A DNA stretch of 64,000 nucleotides, from assembly GCA_039621445.1 (NCBI GenBank), contig CP154954.1, positions 40,727,572 to 40,791,571 of the forward strand, written 5' to 3'. The stretch comes from Euglena gracilis (Eukaryota). The notes under the pieces are model-generated. The model was not told the origin of the DNA. It searched no databases and saw nothing but the letters and a program-made list of their open reading frames with translations. This document shows positions 1 to 34,163 of the stretch, one piece after another. The stretch's first letter is position 1, and each line of letters starts with the position of its first letter. A program made the position numbers and the translations under genes.

Positions 1-182
1 CCCCCGCCCACCACCCCCGCTCCTTTGCGCGGTCCTCCCAACACTCCCGTTGGCTGGGGTGGGCCGGAGCTGCGACACAACCATCTGGACCAGGGCTGGG
101 CTTTGGACCATGCACGCATGCATTTATGTGCCGATCGGGTGGTAAGCATCCAACCCGCAATGGCGCAACCCGCCCGCCCCAC

Positions 183-737
183 CAGGGCAGAACGGGATTC
201 GGCCAAACAGCCAGGATGGTGTGTCGACCCCCCCCACCACCTCTTCCCGCATTTCTGGGAACATCAGTTTTTGGACCCCCAAGAATTTTTTCCCGGCGCC
301 TTTTGCGCCGGGTGTATTTTGGACCCATTTTGGGACCCATATGGGAGGTCCCCCACCAAACCCCCCCCCAGACCCCATTTTTTCACACATTCCAAAATCT
401 CAATATGTTCTCAAAATTTTGATTCTGAGAGGTTCTTGAAGCAAAAAATGCCATTGAAAATCCAAAAATCTTCTAAGACAAAAAAATGTCAGTAAATTTT
501 ACTTGCACCAAAATTGGTCGATTTTTTCGACCTTCATTTTTTCACCTTCATAAAAATTACCAATTTTAAAACCTGAATTTTTTGAGTTTTTTTTGTGAAA
601 ACCATCAAATTGGGTTCATCTTTCAATTTTTTTGAAAACTCTCCTGGCCAGAATCCTCATTTCCCCAAAATTGGTGAAACTGCTGTGGTGGGTGGGGGAG
701 GGTCGACCCCCCCACCAGGCCTTCCCGTTCTGCCCTT
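183..737. mobile_element. hAT-like MITE (CAG-type TIR, 8-bp TSD)
   Basis: TIR CAGGGCAGAACGGGA / TCCCGTTCTGCCCTT; flanks CGCCCCAC (175-182) and CGCCCCGC (738-745), 7/8 identical; non-coding AT-rich interior. Confidence 0.8.
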
Positions 738-1250
738 CGCCCCGCCCAAACACACTGCACACAGAACAGACAACACACACACATACTCACACAACCAATA
801 CGCACGCATGCACATGCTCATCGGTCCCCTATGCACCATGCCCAGCCTTGCCGCCAGTCCTTCCGGCTGACCTCCTCCCATCGCCCGCTGGCCACGGCCA
901 CCCCTTTTCGGCCCATCCACTTCCCACCCCCGGCCCACACGATGCGTCCTATGGGACAGAGGGGGGCCGTGCCTGCGTTCCACAGTTCCGGACGATCCAT
1001 CTCCGTCCCCCCCTTCCGCTGTCGGTCGGCGTCCCCTTCTGCGCGCCTGGGCTACGGTGTGCCCCCGCCCCGGCGTCCCCAAACCCCGGAACGGGCGGCA
1101 TTCCTGTCCCTCCCGCACCCCATCCTGGTTTTCTGCCGGATGACATGTGTTTCTGACATTGACACACGGTGCCAGGCTTTAACCCCCGCGGGTGAAAGGA
1201 AGCAGTCGGGGCGGGTGTGGTCTGTGCCCCCCCCCACCGCGCTCTCCCCA

Positions 1251-2030
1251 GAGGAGTACGCTTCCCCTCGATGGCTTGCGGAGTGGCGCCGCCGCAACCA
1301 CCCCGCCTCGCTCCACCCCGCCACCGCCGCCCTGGGGCACGCTTGGGAAGTGAGGGGGCGGGGGTTCCTCGGGCAGGCACCCCAAGGCACCAAGCACCAA
1401 CCCCCTGGGGGGAGGGTCGGGGACATTGGCCAACAGTGCCTCGGCACTCGGCCAAGGCACTTCGGCGCAGGGGCCGGATGGCCTGGGAAGCCCTGTTACC
1501 TGATTTAAGGCCTGCGGCCAGGCAGGCACCCCCAGGCACTGCACTTGGTCAAATTCCGCCTGTTGGGCAGCTGCGGGGTTTCCACACTTCCTTCTCAGCT
1601 AGATCTCCAAGAAGGTTGCCGCTTGTCAGGTTCAGCCGGCCCATTGATTTCATTTCTGTCCAAGCAGGGTGACCGGGGACAGCTCAAAGCTTCAGCCGTT
1701 CAGCTCCATTTTTGTTGCCTGGTCCACACAACGGCATCCTTATTCGGTGTTTGGGGGGGGGTTCAAGCCAGCAGCCCTCCCCAACCAGCCCAAAATGCCC
1801 AACCTCCACCATCCAGTCGTCACGGCACGCAGCAGTTGCCCATTTGTCCCCAACCATCCAGCGTGGCCAGCCCGCAGCGGCCCCCCTGCCAGCCCGCCGG
1901 CCCCGGAGTACGCCGCGCTGCTGCGCCGGCTGGCCGCCACCACCACCGGCCGCCGCCGTCGCACCCCTCCGTCGACCCGACGATACGGCACGATGCTGGC
2001 GGACTGGACCGACTCCTCCGCCTCACGGGG
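1251..2030 (+). CDS. Putative exon fragments of an upstream gene, function unknown
   Basis: AG/GT-bounded high-GC3 segment at about 1251-1349 (EYASPRWLAEWRRRNHPASLHPATAALGHAWE) and a high-GC3 segment at about 1860-2030 (PEYAALLRRLAATTTG...); not joined into a model, no recognisable domain. Confidence 0.3.
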
Positions 2031-2572
2031 GACTTCTGGGGCCGTTGGGGAAGGGGGTCGGTTGGGAGTCACACCGGACCAGTGGCGGGGCAAACCTCCG
2101 AATGCGCAGGCTGTCATTTGGGCCGGCGTTTGGGGGGTTGACGCGCTGGTGCATGTCATTCGCCTCTCCCGACGTCCGCCGTGGAAACTGACTAGGGTCT
2201 GCGATTCTGTGCCCCGCACACACTGAGCTCTGCTGCACCGCAAATCCCCCTGAACCTTCGCTAGTGGGCATACCCACTGCCTTCATGCACAGCATGCACG
2301 CTATCAATGGAATTAATATTTGCCCGTCCATTTCGGACGTGGTACTCCACCCCCAGCTGTTGCTGCCTCCCGTGCGCATGCCAGCATCCAAGAAACCTGG
2401 CGGGTCAGACCCGCCCCGGGTGGTCATTCCCCACAGTGCGGAAGCGAAGTGGCCTCCAAGGGTGCAGTTTCCTCTTCACCCCCCCATTTTGCCCGTCAGG
2501 TCCGCCACTGCCAACAGAGGCGTCAGCGCCAGTGTAACCCCCCCCCCAAATAACCTGGCAGGGCCCTTGCTC

Positions 2573-3009
2573 CAGGGTTTGATATAAGGAGGGCATACAT
2601 GGTTTAGGTGGGGGGTGTCCCCCCCCCCTCCTGGCCCGCAGGGGGGGGTCCGGACCACCCCCCCCCCACCCACCACCTGCCAGGGGGGTCCGGACCGACC
2701 CTCGGGGGGGTTCCCGAGACCCCCCCCCCCAAAAAGGGTCAATTTTTTCCTCCGGCGCTTCGCACGGAAAATTTTTTTGCATTTTTGGCACATTTTTGCC
2801 CAAAAAGTGCCCAAAGTGGCACTTTTGGTCGATTTGGGGGGTCAAAAATTTTCGGCCCGGCGCTTCGCGCCGGGCCGAAATTCAGCCACCCTGACCGCGC
2901 ACCTGTTTAGGTGGGGGGGGGGTGTCCCCCCCCACCCCCCCCCCTCCTGGCCCGCCGGGGGGGGGGGGGTCCGGACCACCCCCCCCACCTGTCCTTATAT
3001 CGAACCCTG
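2573..3009. mobile_element. hAT-like MITE, family shared with 33075-33189, nested in an older element (about 2530-3216)
   Basis: TIR CAGGGTTTGATATAAGG / CCTTATATCGAACCCTG; TSD CCTTGCTC / CCTTGCTT. Confidence 0.88.
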
Positions 3010-3967
3010 CCTTGCTTCTGGACGTGGCCAAATAACTTGGCAGGGGGAGGAGGGGCAAAAAAGGTGGTTCCAGTCACTTGGCACCCCCCTTTTGGCAAAG
3101 TTCATTTACGAGGCTGAAAAAAGGGCCCAAATAACCTGGCAGGGGGGGGGCAGGGCCAAAAGTTGGTTCCAATGACCTGGAACCCTGCCACGTTATTTAT
3201 TTGGCGGGGTTGCACATATTTCTTCGCATCGCATTGCTCTCAACCCGCGGGGCCGGAACCAGCGTCAGCATTGGGGAGGGGAGCAGCCCCGTGGGCCGCC
3301 TCCCTGACCTGAACTCCTTTCCCTCGGAACATCCCAGGGGGCCTGGCCGACCGGGGGTCGAGGGCGAGAGTGGCTCGGTGGGCAGAGGGCAGAGCCTGGT
3401 CCACAAACTGCAACGTCTGCCCCACTGCTGCACCCCCTCCCTGGGCCACCACAGGGCCGCGGCCCAACCCCATCCACCTTTTCCAAGGGTTTCCAAGACT
3501 ACTGGGTGTGCTTTATTGTTTGCACGGCTGCCCTTCCTCTGCACAGGTATCGAACTGGCATATAGGAGCAGAGGAGTGAACGACAGGGTCGGCCTTTTTA
3601 TTCGGGTGTTGAGATACACCAGACGACCCAGTCACCGGCCTCCTGCTGGCAAGGGGGCACACACAGTCGTTTTCTTCTTTGCGCTGTTTGCACCTGTCGA
3701 TTTCTGTGAAAATTTGCTCTTTCGTTTTTCTTTTGCATTTTTTTGTTTCACCTTTTGCTTTTTTGCGTTGTTTTTTTTCCCCGAGGTCCATATCCCCCCC
3801 CCCTGATCGGTGGGACCCACAAAGGCACCATCCTGGGATTGAAGGTTTGCCCCGCGGACCCATCTCCTCCCCGGACGTTGTTGGCGTTGCATTTGCCCCC
3901 CCCCCCCCGACTCCATTCCGCATAAAAGCCCGCCCTGGGGCGGCCTTTGCCTCGGGGCCCTCCTCCA

Positions 3968-24723
<20,756 letters not shown>

Positions 24724-27700
24724 TGGCTCCTCCCCGCACTTCAACAAAATTTCTCTCCCCTTCCCTCCTCCCCTGTCTTTGTGTGCATGAATGGAGGGTG
24801 CCGTACAACCCTCCAGATTGCGGCTGGCCACCATCCTCGCAAAAACTCCTGTTTTGACTCTGTGCTGTGTGGTTTTTACTGAACATGTACTCGCACATTG
24901 CAGTGCCGTTGTGCTCCAATGTTGTGGCTGTGGGTGTGGATGTTTGTGTGTGTGTGTGTTGTTTGGGTGTGTGGGTGTGTGTCTGTGTGTCTGTGTGTCT
25001 GTGTGGGTGTGGGTGCAGGGTGGCCTAGCATGCTGATGGTCATGTGACGGCGATCTATATCCTCCCCTTGAGTGTTTTTTTAAAGTTGTGTAAGCACCCT
25101 GTGGAGGTTTTTGAGGTCGGTCACAAAAGGGCTGCATTTTCGCACAACAAGCAAATGTGATAGTTAGAAACGGACTGTTGGAGAACTGTGGAAATTGTGG
25201 GTGGAGAACCAGTCAAGTTCCATGGCGGGTGAGCCACATCACCCATTCGCGTTGAGCCTCTGGGACAGACACATAGTAGCAAAAAGCAAAGTCCATTTGC
25301 GCACGTGGCCCACTTGCACAATCACGCAAAAAGGCCACTTCAAAACCAACCAACAGCTTCCAATCCCAGACTCCTTGGAGCTAAAAAAAAATTGATGCAG
25401 AATTGTGGTGCTCCCTCTCCTATGTTGCCCTGTGACGCTGGACCCCCCCTTGAATATTGCTCTGTTCGTTGAATGGTCCATTTGCATTTGCACAGTTGCG
25501 CAAATGATCACAAGAATGGTTCATTTGCACATTTGTGCAAGGGGATTAAAATATTCTTTCTTTTGGAGCCTTTAAAAAAGCTTTAATAAGTCGCTGACTT
25601 CTGACTCAAGGGTTTCCCAAAGTGGAGGTGTTGCGCAGCATGTGTCCCCAAAAATTTTGTCTGGGCATTGCGCTACATCCCCCTGAACGCCGGAGTTTTA
25701 CTAAGTGAATAAATCCAACTATTCGCAGCAATAAATCCACTGTGCTTCATTTCTGGACCGGAGGAGCTGGGGGTGAATGGAAATCCTTTTTTTTCCAAGG
25801 ATGCATTTAAGTAATGTTTATTTTGATGTTATAGGGTACAAAATTTTCCCACAGACTCAATTGGTGATGCCTGCATGAGGGGGGAATTGATAACTTCAAT
25901 TTTCCCACAATTTCCCGCAATTTTGTGCAATTTCCCTAAATTTCCTCAATTTTCCGCAGTTTTTTCCCGCTATTTTTCCACATAAACCTGAAAATGAAGG
26001 CAAAATGATGTGCGGCCATTCCTTGAACGTTTTACCAGGGAACCCAAAGTGCTTTTTTTTTGCTGGTTTGCTTCTTGCCAAAATTTCCCATATTTTGGCA
26101 ACATTTTGCAGCTTCTTGGCTTTTTTTTTTAAAAAAAAAACCCCGACCAGATTTTTTTTACCTAAATCCTTCGTCAATTTTTTGTCATTTTGGATTTTCA
26201 GCCCAAATTCCTTACTTCTGAAATCAGTGCATTCCCAAAATTGCAAAAAATCATGTTTTTGGTTGTTTTTTTTGTTCGAAAGAGTGTGAATACCAGTTCA
26301 AAAATACACACCAATGTTGCAAAATGGCAAAAAATGTGAATTTTTTCTAGGGTGTGCACATTCCCAAAACCGCAATTTCCGCAACTTTTCTGCAATTTTT
26401 CTGCAATTTTCCCCAAGACCTGCGATACAAATCCCCCCCATTGTACCTGAATGCTGGCCCAGAAGGCTTTTGTCACAATCCATTTTTTTGAAAATGAAAT
26501 TCAATGTGTTAAAATTTTCACACAATTGTGCAAACCCATCGTCTGAATGGACCCCTTGCACAGTTGTGCAAATCGTCCCAGCAAAATCCCAGGTGGATGA
26601 GGCGTTGGAAGGTCCCCAGCACACTCGTCTGATCTCTGAGTGGATTGTGATTTGGATCTCGAGCAGAAACGACGTTCGTAAAACGTCTATTTTTTTCTGG
26701 TTTGATTATCTTTTGACACTGATCAAAAAGCCTCCTCACAAACTCAGGATTCATCGGAAAGGATTCTTAGAACGGAGCTTTTATGCGTGTGCCAAACAAT
26801 ACGTTTTTTTTGCAGGCATCAGCTTCATCCCTCACAGAACTGCTCTGAGTGGTGTTTGCTTTGATGACTCAAAAACCCTTCTTCTATCAGCAGAGTTCCC
26901 CCCCCCCAATCGCAGCAAACAACGCCCTGCTGTCAGACGCCTAGGTCGGTCCGCAGTTTTATGTGAAAAAATAATTCAGCCTGCTTTTCAGAGCTCTGCA
27001 GTTTCGTTTTATCATATTTTTTCTTCAGGACTGATCTCTGCTGTGAACTAATACACAAATGGATCAGCAATGATGGGGACATTTTCTGCATTGTGGTGAT
27101 TTAAGGGGAATCGAACCACGTGAGGGTTATTATTTAGGCAAACTTTTCAACCTCAATATATGACCCTCACAGCAATTTACGATTTCCTCTGGACCCAATT
27201 TCCCCCACAATTCTGGGCCTTGGCTGCTTCGCTGCTTCGTACCACAAAAACTGATCACGGGAATCCTGGTCAGTGAACGGGAGGGGGCCCCCTAAATTTA
27301 CTCCTAACGGCCTAAATCCTGACCCTAACCCAAACCCTGTTCCTGTTCCTGACCTTTTCCCTATTAAGAACAGGTGAAGAAGTGTCCCTGGTTGACTGAA
27401 AGGGTCCGGACCCCTTCACCCTCCGCCTCACAGGGCAAAACTTTTCCTTCGCACTGCACTGTGAATTTAATTTTTGGTCCAATCCCAGAACGGTGTAGGG
27501 CTGTTTTGGCTGGGGTTCTCACCCTAAGAAAATAATGGAAATTTGACAAATGTTCTTTCTTTCTTCCTCACTCTGAAAATGGCGGCCCATTCTGAATGAA
27601 AATGGCGACCCCACATACTTGTTGAAACAACTTTGCAGGCTGTCAGATATTGTCTGTAGCTTTTTTGTGCCAGGTTTGTATGTGTGTGTTTTCAATCCAC

Positions 27701-27949
27701 AACTGGCAGCCTTGAGTGCGGAAACTCTTCCAGAACGTGCAAATTTATTTATTCTGTGGCATTTTTTCCTGCAGTTTTTGCAGTCCAGGCTTTTGCCTGC
27801 CGATGTGCCTCTTTCCTTCACCCCCTTTCAACCCACTTTTGGGGGGTTTGGGGGGTACACCCCCCCCCCCGCCCAAAAACCTCGAAGGCACACACATTGC
27901 GGAACCCCCACACCACCATGCTCGCGCTTCGGGGAACGGCCGGTGCCTC

Positions 27950-27968
27950 ATCCGCCTCTTCTTTCCAG
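27950..27968 (+). promoter_or_regulatory. Putative spliced-leader trans-splice acceptor
   Basis: Pyrimidine tract TCCGCCTCTTCTTTCCAG ending 9 nt before the ATG at 27978; could instead be a 5' UTR cis intron acceptor. Confidence 0.5.
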
Positions 27969-27977
27969 GGCCACGCC

Positions 27978-30900
27978 ATGGCTGAACCACAGAAGGAGCC
28001 GCGGGAGTTCCTCATCGCCGCTGGGACCTGGGCATTGCCAAATGGGTCAGGGGTGCCCGCGGTGGCATTCATCTCACCGCGGTGGCATTCATCTCATTCG
28101 GTTCGCCTGCAGTGGATTTCTGAATCCGGAGCAGAACTTTGAATTTTGACATTCCGTTCAAAAAAGGCACCAAAAATTGGCTCAGCCAGCCCAGCTGGGC
28201 TGATCTGGACCCAATTTTTTTCATATGACACCTGGCTGGGAGCCAGACCTCCATTTAGTGTGTATCACCCAAATATTTTTACGTATCACATGGATCACAG
28301 CCTAAAAATTAATGTATCACAGATGCGTTGTAATACGCACTAAATGGCGGTCTGCTGGGAGCCTCTGGCCGGAAAAAAGGTGCTGGCTGGCTGGGCATCT
28401 GGGGGTAGGTCCCCCAGGACCTTTTCCAGCTGGCTGGACCGGACCCCCGGGTCCTTAAAAAATCCCGTGTTTCTCCTGTGGGCACCAAAACAAGGTTTGT
28501 GGTTCGTTTGCAAACACCAGGAAAGGTGTTGCGGTTCACATTTTTTTTGCAAACCATATTTAACTGATTGTCTGGACTAGCCAGTCATTCTTTCCCAAGA
28601 CTTGGGCTGCTCGGCAAGGGCCAGGCTGGGACGTATGACGGCTGGTTCTCAGGCTGGCTGTGGCAGGTCTGTCCCGCCAGCCATCCTTGGGGTGGGGGGG
28701 GATCAATTTCATCATCGCCATGAACTGGGCGCATTGGCTTCCCCTCTTCCATGGAGCCTGTGGAGCTTGTTGAGCTTCTCACTCAAGGCCAGAAGCTCAG
28801 ATTTCCACAGGAGGCGTTGGAACTCCTCCTCCGTTTTCGATCGCAAACGGATGGCCTGCATTGGCCTCACCCCTCAATCCCTCCGGCACACGAGCATCTG
28901 CTTGCAGCAATCGCATTGCGGGTCTCCCGCCCGAGATCCCCGGGTTCCTGGAAGGGCCGTGGCCAGCGCACCGCCGCCAAATCTGTCGGCTCGGCGGCCA
29001 ACCTTCCTGCGCCGCCCCGCAGCCGGACACCCAGGGGCTGATGGAGCGCTTCGCGGTGACGGACCACGCCGGCCCCGTCACGGCGGTCGCCGTCTGCTCC
29101 ACGTTCCTGCTCTCCGGCGGCGTCGACGAGAACATCCGGTGTGTCCGTCCGTCGTCATGTCGCCATGGCCCCAGCGGAATCCGGGGCCTGAATGGCCACC
29201 ATCCTAGCCATCGCCCCAGGCAAGAAGAGGCAAAAAAAAGTGGTGGCAAAGAGTGCTCAAAATTGAAAATTGCTGAAGGAGACCCAGAAGATTGCCAGGG
29301 GAACGCACAGAAGCACGGCGGAAAGAGCCTTGGCGAAGGTTGGTCTGTGTCGTCGACAGCAGAAGGGTGGAACCATCACAGTATTTGCATGTTTTGTACT
29401 TTAAGTTTGACCCCAAGGCACGTCGAGTCCAGTGGCAGTTGGACGTTGGTGCCGATGAAACAGTATCAAAGCAATTCTAACCAAATCAATCATCCCAACC
29501 TAAAAAAGGGTCGAGGAGCATTTTTTTTTTACGACGGTACACCCTCTGCCACTCACCTCCCGCAGGGTCTACCACGCCAAACTCTTCCGCGGGTTCGGCT
29601 TCCTCGCCCAGCACAAAGGTCCCCCCCCCCCAAACCGTACCATTGAGCACCGTTCCATTCCATGGGCCAAACAGCCTGGCACGTCCCAGCGAGGCGTGTG
29701 CCGGTCGGGTGTCCATCCTCTCGCAGCGACCATCACGTGCATGCGCTTCTCGGGGTCCACGCACCTGGCCAGCGGGGACCGCAGCGGCGTCGTCATCTTC
29801 AGCAAGTGCACCCCGAAGCGCCTGGACGAGCTCGCCACGATGCAAGTGCACAAGTCTGCCCCTGGTGTCGCAACCTGACGACCGCGAAGGAGAATTGACC
29901 AAGGGGAAAAGAAAGGCCAACCGGACAGCCCCAGACAGACGTATGGGAGAACCATTTGCAATAGCAGAGTGGAGTGAACTGAAGTTATGATTCGAAACAA
30001 AGACACAACAGATGCAACAAACCTTTCCCAGCATGTTAGATCATGCTGCCGCGTTCCCCGCTGCCCAAGTTCAACCGCTCTTCATTCGCCCGTCTGTCCA
30101 TCCTCGGCCGTGCCCACCATCTCTGTGCCAGCGTGGTGCGGACGCTTTGCCGTTGCTCCTGCCAGCGGGGCGGTCAACGACTGCGACCTCTACCCGCGGG
30201 ACCCGCTGCTCGTCCTGTCCGTCGGGGCGGACCACCTCCTCAAGGTCACCAACTTCGGCAGCCAGCGCACCGTCGACTCCCGCAAGTTCGCCGGTGCGTC
30301 GCCCCTGCCATCCCCCACCCGCCCCTCTACCCCTCTGCCCCTCTGCCCCCAAGCCCAAAGAAATGGTCTCTGACCGGGGGGGGGATTCTGTGAGAAAGAA
30401 AAGCGTGTGAGTTTGGTGTGAACCCCAAATCATTTTTGTCCGCCGTGGTATTTTTGGATATTTTTGCACTTTCGATTTTTTGAAGACCCGGTTCAACCCT
30501 GGGTCGGGCCGAGCTCCATCCCAGGACCCCAAGGGGGGGGGGTCAGCCAGCAGCCTTTTTTCCAGCCAGCAGCCAAATTGTGTGAGCCCCCAGCGCTGTT
30601 AAGCAGCCCCAGGGGGGCGACACTGGCATGGTCCGTGTGGGTTTGCCCTGACGAAGACCAGGGCCCTACCGTACCTCGGTGCCTCAGTGCCTCGATGCCT
30701 CGCCCGGCAGGTGAGCCGCTCTACTGCCGGTACTCGCTGAGTGCGAAGACCTACTGTGTGGGATTCGAACGCAAGGTCGCCGTCTACGATGCGAAGGTGC
30801 CCCCCCTCCCTGCCCGGCCCCGACGCCGGCCCTGCAAGTGCGGGAGACGTCCCCGGCCCATCAATTGGGAAGTGGAGGGGCAGGCCGGGAGATGCCCAAG

Positions 30901-33900
30901 TCCCCCCGCCAAAGTACGCAACACCCGGTGAAGCGGAACCGGCAAAGTGCAATTCCATTGAAAGCCTTTGTGGGGCATCGTTCTCACCACAATCTGCCTC
31001 CCTTCTTGATCATTTGATCCAATTGTCAGAAAATTCTGATCTCACTTACCCTCTCCCCACTCCCAGATTCGCGCAGAACCCCCAATCGCAGAGTACGTCT
31101 CAAAGGAGCTCATCCACTCGTTATCTTATATTGACGTGTGCCATTGTTGCATAACCATATGATTCGCATGTATTTATGTGTATTTTTTGTGTTTTGTTCG
31201 TTTTGTTTTTATTCAGCTCGTTTTGAACTGCCACAAATTCTGAGTCCTGAAGGCATTATTTTTTCTATTGTTATAAAATCCCTCTTTACCTCAACATTGT
31301 CACCTGAGTATGGCTGGATATGTTTTTTTCTGCAGCCTTTAACTACTGGGCCCCCCCAGGGGGTGAGGGCCCAATGGTTGAATAATGGGGGGGAGTCATT
31401 CTCTTAAACACCAGCCAGTGGGGGTTTTGATGATATTTTTCGATTTTTTCCTTGTTGTTTTTTCGGAGTCGAGTTAGTGTTATGATTATTGTTAAGAAAG
31501 GGATTATGGCCAGGTCAGAATCAGGAGGTAAGGCCAAATTCGGGCCTGAATTCGGGCCTGAATTAGGCCCAATTTTAGCTTAAATTGCTATAAAAAAAAA
31601 GCAGGCCTAAAAACCAAACCCCACCCAACTTCAAACCCTGACCCTAACCCCATCCATTTCAATTACCCCAAACCCCAATCCTATTCCGAGGCACACTGCA
31701 CTCCACTTTTGACCGGGCCACCTCCCGCGGACATGGTGAAAGCGCAGTCAAATTTGGGTCGGGGCACACCTCTTAAACGCAGAGGGGTCCGAACCCCCCT
31801 CGTTTAACTGCTTGGGGGGGGGGGCAGTCAAACGAGGTATATAGGAACTGGAGGGATTTTAATGCGTAACTCCCCCCGGGGGGTGTTAAAGGCTGGCGGG
31901 TTTTTTAAAAAAAATATGGCATGTATTGTTTTTTTAGTGTACGTAATATGTTTAGATGTTCTTGAAATGTCACCTCATCCAATATGTGAATGATAAATTA
32001 TCAATCATCTTCATTGCATGATGCATTAAATTTCACATTTACACTTTGCTGACAGATTTGCAAATGTTCAACAACCTTTTCCAGTGCTTCTCTTGAGAAG
32101 TTTTCACTGTATCGTGTGAGGAGCTTTCCACGGACCTGCTTCATTGTACTGTAGCACCTTCAACTGAGCTCTTCAAAGATCCAGGTGACTGGTTTCACGC
32201 ATCAACCCAGTTGTTTGATTAAAATTTTGTTGCAGGCGCATGGAAAATGTCAGGGGTGGTTGCGAACGTTTTTGTCAGGACCCCTGGGCGGGGGATTGTC
32301 TCCTGACAAATTGGGGTTCACGGGCGATTGATTCACCAATTGTCGGTCTATGCAATCGCAGAGGGATTACATGGTGCGTTCAACCAACTGATACGGGAGG
32401 GCTCGGGGTGACCGAGACTAACACTGCGGGGGGTATTTCCAACGTCCAGATTTTCTCGATGAGATTCTTCCATTCGGATCCGCGGGGGTTTTTTCCTGTG
32501 CAGCGCCATAGTGAGGGTTGGGTCCCCGTTGAAGTGGGGGGTACCGGTCCGCCGGGCAGCCCGGTCACCACCGCCGTGGGCGTTGCAGGACGCCATGATT
32601 GCCATCGGCTGCGACAACAAGGAGGTCCGCATCATCGACTCGCAGCGGGGCCACGTGCTCTGCACCCACGCCCACCACCTGAACCGGTGTGCGCCGCCGC
32701 AAGGGGACGGGGGGCCCTAGCAGCCCTTTGGTGACGACCCCCAGTCAGGCTTCTGCTTAAGGGATTGCAGTACCCCCCCCCCCCCCGGGGGGGGCTGGAC
32801 TGCAGCTAGTCCAAATTTGGCTAGTGGGATTTCTAGCAGACCCCCCCGGCGTGCAGCGCCGGATTAAAATTTTTTTTCCAGTTGGGGAGACCCCTGGACC
32901 CCCCCCCCCGGGGGTCTAGCTAGTCCATTTTTTTCCAGCGTCTAGCCAATTGCCTAGCCAGTACCCCCCCCCCGGGTCCTTAAGCAAAAACCTGCCCCCA
33001 GTAGAAAGCGAGGGTTCTGCAGGGCGGGGTCGGCATGGAAACAAGCGTAACTTTCAGAAATGGAGAGCTGGGAGCAGGGTTTGATATAAGGAGGGCGTAC
33101 ATGGTCTAGGTGGGGGGGTGTCCCCCCCCCCTCCTGGCCCGCAGGGGGGGTCCGGACCACCCCCCCACCTGTCCTTATATCAAACCCTGGCTGGGAGTCC
33201 GACCCTCCCACCCCCGTCCCCCCCCACACCCCTTCAGGGTGAAGGCGGTGGCCAGCGGGTACAACGGGGACCGCACGTACACCATCGCCTCCGTCGACTC
33301 CGACGGACGGTGTGTACCGCTGCTGTGGGCGGCGATGGGCATTGCTGTTTCCGGGTGGCTAGTCGGGATCTCCGACTGTGTCCCCACCCCCCAGTGCGGA
33401 GGGATGGAATGGACGTTCCCGCCCACCTCTTCCCCTTCCTCTGGGCTGAGGAGCCCTGCAGACCCCCCCCCCCGGCCCAGGCCAGCCGGTGGCAAACTTT
33501 GAGGGCCCACCCCCCTCACCCTCCAAGGCTCACCGTGGCGAAGCTCCAGCGCGAGGCCGCCGCTCCGGAGGGGCCAGTGGAAGCGGCCGGGACAGACGCG
33601 CCGCCGCCGCCGGCGGCGAAGAAGCGCCGGAAGGGGAAGGCTGCGCCGGAGGTGTCGCCCTCCCCCACGCTCGCCACCTCCCTCTCTGTGTTGGCCCGCA
33701 TTTGGTGAGGGTTGGCATACCACTGGTGTGAGAGAGGGCGGAGGGCTCACACGTTCCTGGGGCACTCATTTCACAGGCGGAGGCCACCCCTGCGGAGGCA
33801 TCGGCTGGGGCCTGGCAGCGTGACCTCAAGGGGGTCTTTGTGCCGTACGCCAGCGACGTCTCGGCCCTCATCGAGGAGGCGTACCGGTCTGGGGCATCCA

Positions 33901-34068
33901 GGTGTGTTGGCATCCCCCGGCACTGTGGGACACCTTGGGCAGCACAAGGGGGTGGGCAACGGCCCGAGGGTGGCAGGTTTGGCGGGGTGGGGGGGTTGTA
34001 AGGGATGGACGGTTGTAGGTGGGATGGGTGATATGGTGGTTACGCATTCGCTGATGTGCTTTTCAAAT

Positions 34069-34163
<95 letters not shown>

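Noticed and set aside
24724-27900. Possible autonomous transposase remnants in AT-rich tracts (also 31850-32230 and 56400-57700)
   Set aside because: No DDE, BED-finger or hAT dimerisation motif recognisable by eye; a BLASTX search would be needed
32236-32480. Candidate PAK1IP1 exons AHGK / VQIFSMRFF with a CAG...CTG stem at 32251-32390
   Set aside because: Exon 31067-31135 has canonical AG/GT ends, the correct phase and length, and fills the gap fully; the candidate has no clean in-phase donor
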